Part shown: positions 63,732 through 64,000 of the stretch, piece by piece
How positions within the stretch are numbered: position 1 is the first letter of the stretch
How the letters are laid out: every line of letters begins with the position of its first letter
Assembly: GCA_964016885.1 (NCBI GenBank)
Contig: OZ024743.1
Span: 7,006,001 to 7,070,000, forward strand
Direction: 5' to 3'
Source of the DNA: Eledone cirrhosa
Taxonomy: Eukaryota
DNA: 64,000 nt
The notes under the pieces: model-generated
Database searches by the model: none
Seen by the model: only the letters and a program-made list of their open reading frames with translations
Told to the model about the DNA's origin: nothing
Program-made: the position numbers and the translations under genes

Positions 63732-64000
63732 TTCCACGCTAGTATGGGTTAGACAGGTTGTCCTGTTGTGGGCAATGTTAGGTCGGGTGACCTTGTCTTG
63801 CTCATATGGGGACTGATTTTGGCTTGATTTCTACAGCTGGATGCCCTTCCTAACACCAACCTCATTTACAGTGAGTGGTGGGTGATTTTTTTCCGTGGTA
63901 CTTACACGTCCACTTTACAGTGTGGACTGGGTGCTTTTTGGTCATGACACCTCCATGACCACTTTGCAGTGGGAAGGGATGGGGGCATATTGTCTATATG
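63728..64000 (-). mobile_element. RTE 3' UTR, continuing beyond the window
   Basis: Reverse complement of ~50660-50925. Confidence 0.85.

Overview
AT-rich, intron-rich animal genomic DNA. The repeat families look cephalopod (probably Octopus), but that is an inference. Two genes lie tail-to-tail. (1) The 3' part of cytoplasmic dynein-1 heavy chain (DYNC1H1, + strand): 36 GT-AG coding exons from 405 to the stop at 38934-38936, all intron phases consistent, about 1560 aa from the end of AAA4 through stalk/MTBD, AAA5, AAA6 and the C-terminal domain. (2) The last five coding exons of an adenosine deaminase (ADA, - strand, 63490 down to 49284) with the HAGE, GHG and TDDP motifs intact. Introns and the intergenic spacer hold many mobile elements: a young 5'-truncated CR1-type LINE, RTE-type LINEs, tRNA-derived SINEs, TTAA-flanked MITEs and two non-autonomous Helitron-like elements. 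Most notable: the RTE reverse transcriptases carry a complete C4HC3 PHD finger inside the RT; one Helitron copy has expanded its internal 41-bp repeat from about 2 to about 117 units with a 31-mer higher-order structure and CRE-derived variants; several dynein codons differ from the conserved residue by A-for-G, suggesting A-to-I recoding sites. No prokaryotic-type system (CRISPR etc.) is present.
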